Assembly: GCA_965198225.1 (NCBI GenBank)
Contig: CBDAOY010000004.1
Span: 192,001 to 256,000, forward strand
Reading direction: 5' to 3'
Length of the DNA: 64,000 nucleotides
Origin: Terriglobia bacterium
GTDB taxonomy: Bacteria; Acidobacteriota; Terriglobia; 20CM-2-55-15
The first letter of the stretch is position 1, and each line of letters starts with the position of its first letter. Below, piece after piece: positions 61,665 to 64,000 of the stretch. The position numbers and the translations under genes are program-made. The notes below the pieces were generated by a model. It did no database searches. It was not told the DNA's origin and saw only the letters and a list, made by a program, of their open reading frames with translations.

Positions 61665-62432
61665 TCAAACCCCGAGGATGTTGTAACCGCCGTCCACGTA
61701 GAGGACTTCGCCCGTCACACCGCGCGAGAGCGAGCTGGCGAGAAAAAGGGCCGTGTCGCCGACTTCGGATGTTTCGACCGGTTTGCGCAGGGGAGCTTTC
61801 TCGGCGTGCAGCCGGACCATCCCCGAGATGCCGGACACGGCCGAGGATGCCAGCGTCTTGATGGGGCCGGCCGATATGGCGTTGACCCGGATACCCTCCG
61901 GGCCGAAGTCGTTGGCCAGGTATCGGACCGACGCCTCCAGGGCCGCCTTGGCCACTCCCATGACGTTGTAGCCGGAGACAACCCGTTCGCTACCCAGGTA
62001 TGTCAGAGTGATGATGCTGCCATCCCGGTCTTTCATAAGCGGCGCCGCGCGCCGGGCGACCGCCACCAGGGAATAGGCGCTGACGTCGAGGGCGATCCGG
62101 AACCCTTCACGTGAGGTGTCGGCGTAGGAGCCGGTGAGTTCCTCGCGCGGAGCATACGCCAGGGCATGAACGACGAAATCGAGTCCTCCGACCTGCTCCC
62201 GGATGTCGGACATCAGACCCTCGATCTGTTCGTCGCTCCCGACATCACACTCGAGGAGAATCGGATCGGTCAGCTCCGGGGCGAGCTTCCGGACGTTTTC
62301 GCCCAACCGCTCACTCTGGTAGCTCAGGATGAGACGGGCTCCGGCGCCCTGGAGGGATTGGGCGATGCCCCACGCGATGCTGCGCTTGTTGGCCACGCCC
62401 ATGACCAGACCGGTCTTGCCTTCCAGCAGCAT
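61665..62432 (-). CDS. fabI: Enoyl-ACP reductase
   Basis: GVANKRSIAWGIA, SAYSL, YNVMGVAKAALE and AGPIKTLA. Confidence 0.95.
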   Translation of the reverse strand: MLLEGKTGLVMGVANKRSIAWGIAQSLQGAGARLILSYQSERLGENVRKLAPELTDPILLECDVGSDEQIEGLMSDIREQVGGLDFVVHALAYAPREELTGSYADTSREGFRIALDVSAYSLVAVARRAAPLMKDRDGSIITLTYLGSERVVSGYNVMGVAKAALEASVRYLANDFGPEGIRVNAISAGPIKTLASSAVSGISGMVRLHAEKAPLRKPVETSEVGDTALFLASSLSRGVTGEVLYVDGGYNILGV

Positions 62433-62444
62433 TCGAGCCTTCGA

Positions 62445-64000
62445 TCAGCGGGGACCGGCGGCCAGGACCGACTCGGTCACGCCGTCGGAAAAGTCTTCGA
62501 AGTTGCGCTTGAAGCGTCCAGCCAGCTCGTGGGCCTTCGAGTCGTAGGCCTCCTTGTCGTCCCAGGTATCGCGCGGGTTGAGCACCTCTTCGGGAACCCC
62601 GGGGCATGCCGTGGGAACCTGCAGGTTGAAGATCGGGTCCGTGTAGGTTTCGACATCGGCCAGCGTACCGTCCAGAATGGCCCTGATCATTGCCCTGGTG
62701 TGCGCGATCTTCATTCGCGTGCCGACACCGTAGGGGCCGCCCGTCCATCCCGTGTTCACGAGCCAGCAGTCCGCCCCGTGGCCTTCCAACTGTTGCTTCA
62801 GAAGGCCAGCATAGACGGTGGGGTGGAGCACCATGAACGGCGCACCGAAACAGGTGCTGAACGTGGCCTGGGGTTCCTTTCCCAATCCCGCTTCGGTTCC
62901 GGCCACCTTTGCGGTATAGCCGGATATGAAGTGGTACATCGCCTGGTCCGGCGTCAGGCGGGAGACCGGCGGCAGCACACCGAACGCGTCGGCAGTCAGC
63001 ATCACGACACTCTTGGGATGGTCCCCGAGACCGCTGGGCTCGACGTTCCGGATGTAGGAGATCGGGTAGGCTGCACGCGTGTTTTCGGTGATGGAGTCGT
63101 CGTCCAGGTCTACCCGCCGCGACTCTTCATCCACCGGGACATTCTCGATGATCGTGCCGAAGCGCCGTGTGGCTGCGTAGATGTCGGGCTCGGCCTCGGC
63201 CGAGAGCCGGATAACCTTGGCATAACACCCCCCTTCGAAGTTGAACACGCCGTTCGGGCCCCATCCGTGCTCGTCGTCTCCGATGAGGCGCCGCTCCGGA
63301 TCGGCTGAGAGGGTCGTTTTCCCCGTCCCCGACAACCCGAAGAAAATCGCTGATGAACCGTCTTCGCCGATGTTGGCCGAGGAGTGCATCGGGAAGATGC
63401 CCTTCTGGGGCAGCAGGTAGTTCATGATCGTGAACACCGACTTCTTGATCTCGCCCGCGTAGGCCGTCCCCCCGATCAGCACCATCTTGCTGGCGAAATT
63501 CAGCAGAACGAAGGCGTGGGAGTTCGTCCCATCGACCTCCGGAATGGCGTGGAAGTTCGGAAGGCTGACGACAGTGAACTCTGCGGGCTCGCCGGAGTTC
63601 CTGCGGATGAACATGTTGCGCGCGAACAGGCTGTGCCACGCTGTTTCGGTGATCACCTGGATCGGAAGCCGGTGGTCCGGATCGGCGCCCGCGTAGCATT
63701 CCTGGACGTAAATGTCGCGTCCCTGCAGGTAGGCTTCCAGACGCCGCAGAAGGGCGTCGAAGCGCTCGACCTCGATCGGTCGGTTCACCGATCCCCACCA
63801 CACCTTGTCGGCACAGGAAGGTTCCATCACGATGAACTTGTCTTTCGGGGATCTTCCCGTACGGGCGCCCGTGTGCGCGACTATCGGCCCGAGGTGGGCG
63901 ATAGTCGCCTCGCCGCGACGGATGATGTGTTCGTAAAGCGCTGCTGTCGACAGGTTGCGGAACGTGTTTCGAACTCGTTCTGAAATGATTGAATCGGTCA
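62445..64000 (-). CDS. pckA: Phosphoenolpyruvate carboxykinase (ATP); runs to the window edge
   Basis: YAGEIKKS, GLSGTGKTTLS, IGDDEHGW, NFEGGCYAK and ENTRAAYP. The frame is open to 63998; the start is probably 1 nt beyond the window. Confidence 0.95.
   Translation of the reverse strand, partial: TDSIISERVRNTFRNLSTAALYEHIIRRGEATIAHLGPIVAHTGARTGRSPKDKFIVMEPSCADKVWWGSVNRPIEVERFDALLRRLEAYLQGRDIYVQECYAGADPDHRLPIQVITETAWHSLFARNMFIRRNSGEPAEFTVVSLPNFHAIPEVDGTNSHAFVLLNFASKMVLIGGTAYAGEIKKSVFTIMNYLLPQKGIFPMHSSANIGEDGSSAIFFGLSGTGKTTLSADPERRLIGDDEHGWGPNGVFNFEGGCYAKVIRLSAEAEPDIYAATRRFGTIIENVPVDEESRRVDLDDDSITENTRAAYPISYIRNVEPSGLGDHPKSVVMLTADAFGVLPPVSRLTPDQAMYHFISGYTAKVAGTEAGLGKEPQATFSTCFGAPFMVLHPTVYAGLLKQQLEGHGADCWLVNTGWTGGPYGVGTRMKIAHTRAMIRAILDGTLADVETYTDPIFNLQVPTACPGVPEEVLNPRDTWDDKEAYDSKAHELAGRFKRNFEDFSDGVTESVLAAGPR

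Overview
This is a GC-rich bacterial chromosomal window. The gene content (DUF1592/DUF1552/ankyrin triad, Ser/Thr kinase-TolB fusions, many secreted enzymes) suggests Acidobacteriota, which is an inference. It is mostly accessory and extracytoplasmic genes: a multicopper oxidase, a beta-propeller sensor kinase with NarL-type regulator and a divergent RCC1-repeat protein, two convergent kinase-TolB paralogs, an ABC exporter, GH25 lysozyme, alkaline phosphatase, a Tat-signal PLP enzyme, a signal-peptide RHS protein followed by a ~5.3 kb FG-GAP/TSP3 gene, a Phd-ParE pair, amidase, PQQ dehydrogenase and porin. It ends in housekeeping fabI and pckA. Mobile and repeat DNA comprises a complete IS256 with an 8-bp TSD interrupting a secreted-protein gene, a dispersed GTAG REP-doublet family (8 doublet loci plus a half site), and IS630-like MITEs with shared ends but different hairpin interiors. 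The best leads are the toxin-less RHS whose core is replaced by a compositionally patchy, motif-mosaic C-terminus; a shared 7-2-7 operator linking the two-component system to the RCC1 gene; REP doublets with flipped spacers; and cargo-variable MITEs. Several frameshifts and patchwork duplications may be assembly errors. I found no rRNA, tRNA, CRISPR array or reverse transcriptase.
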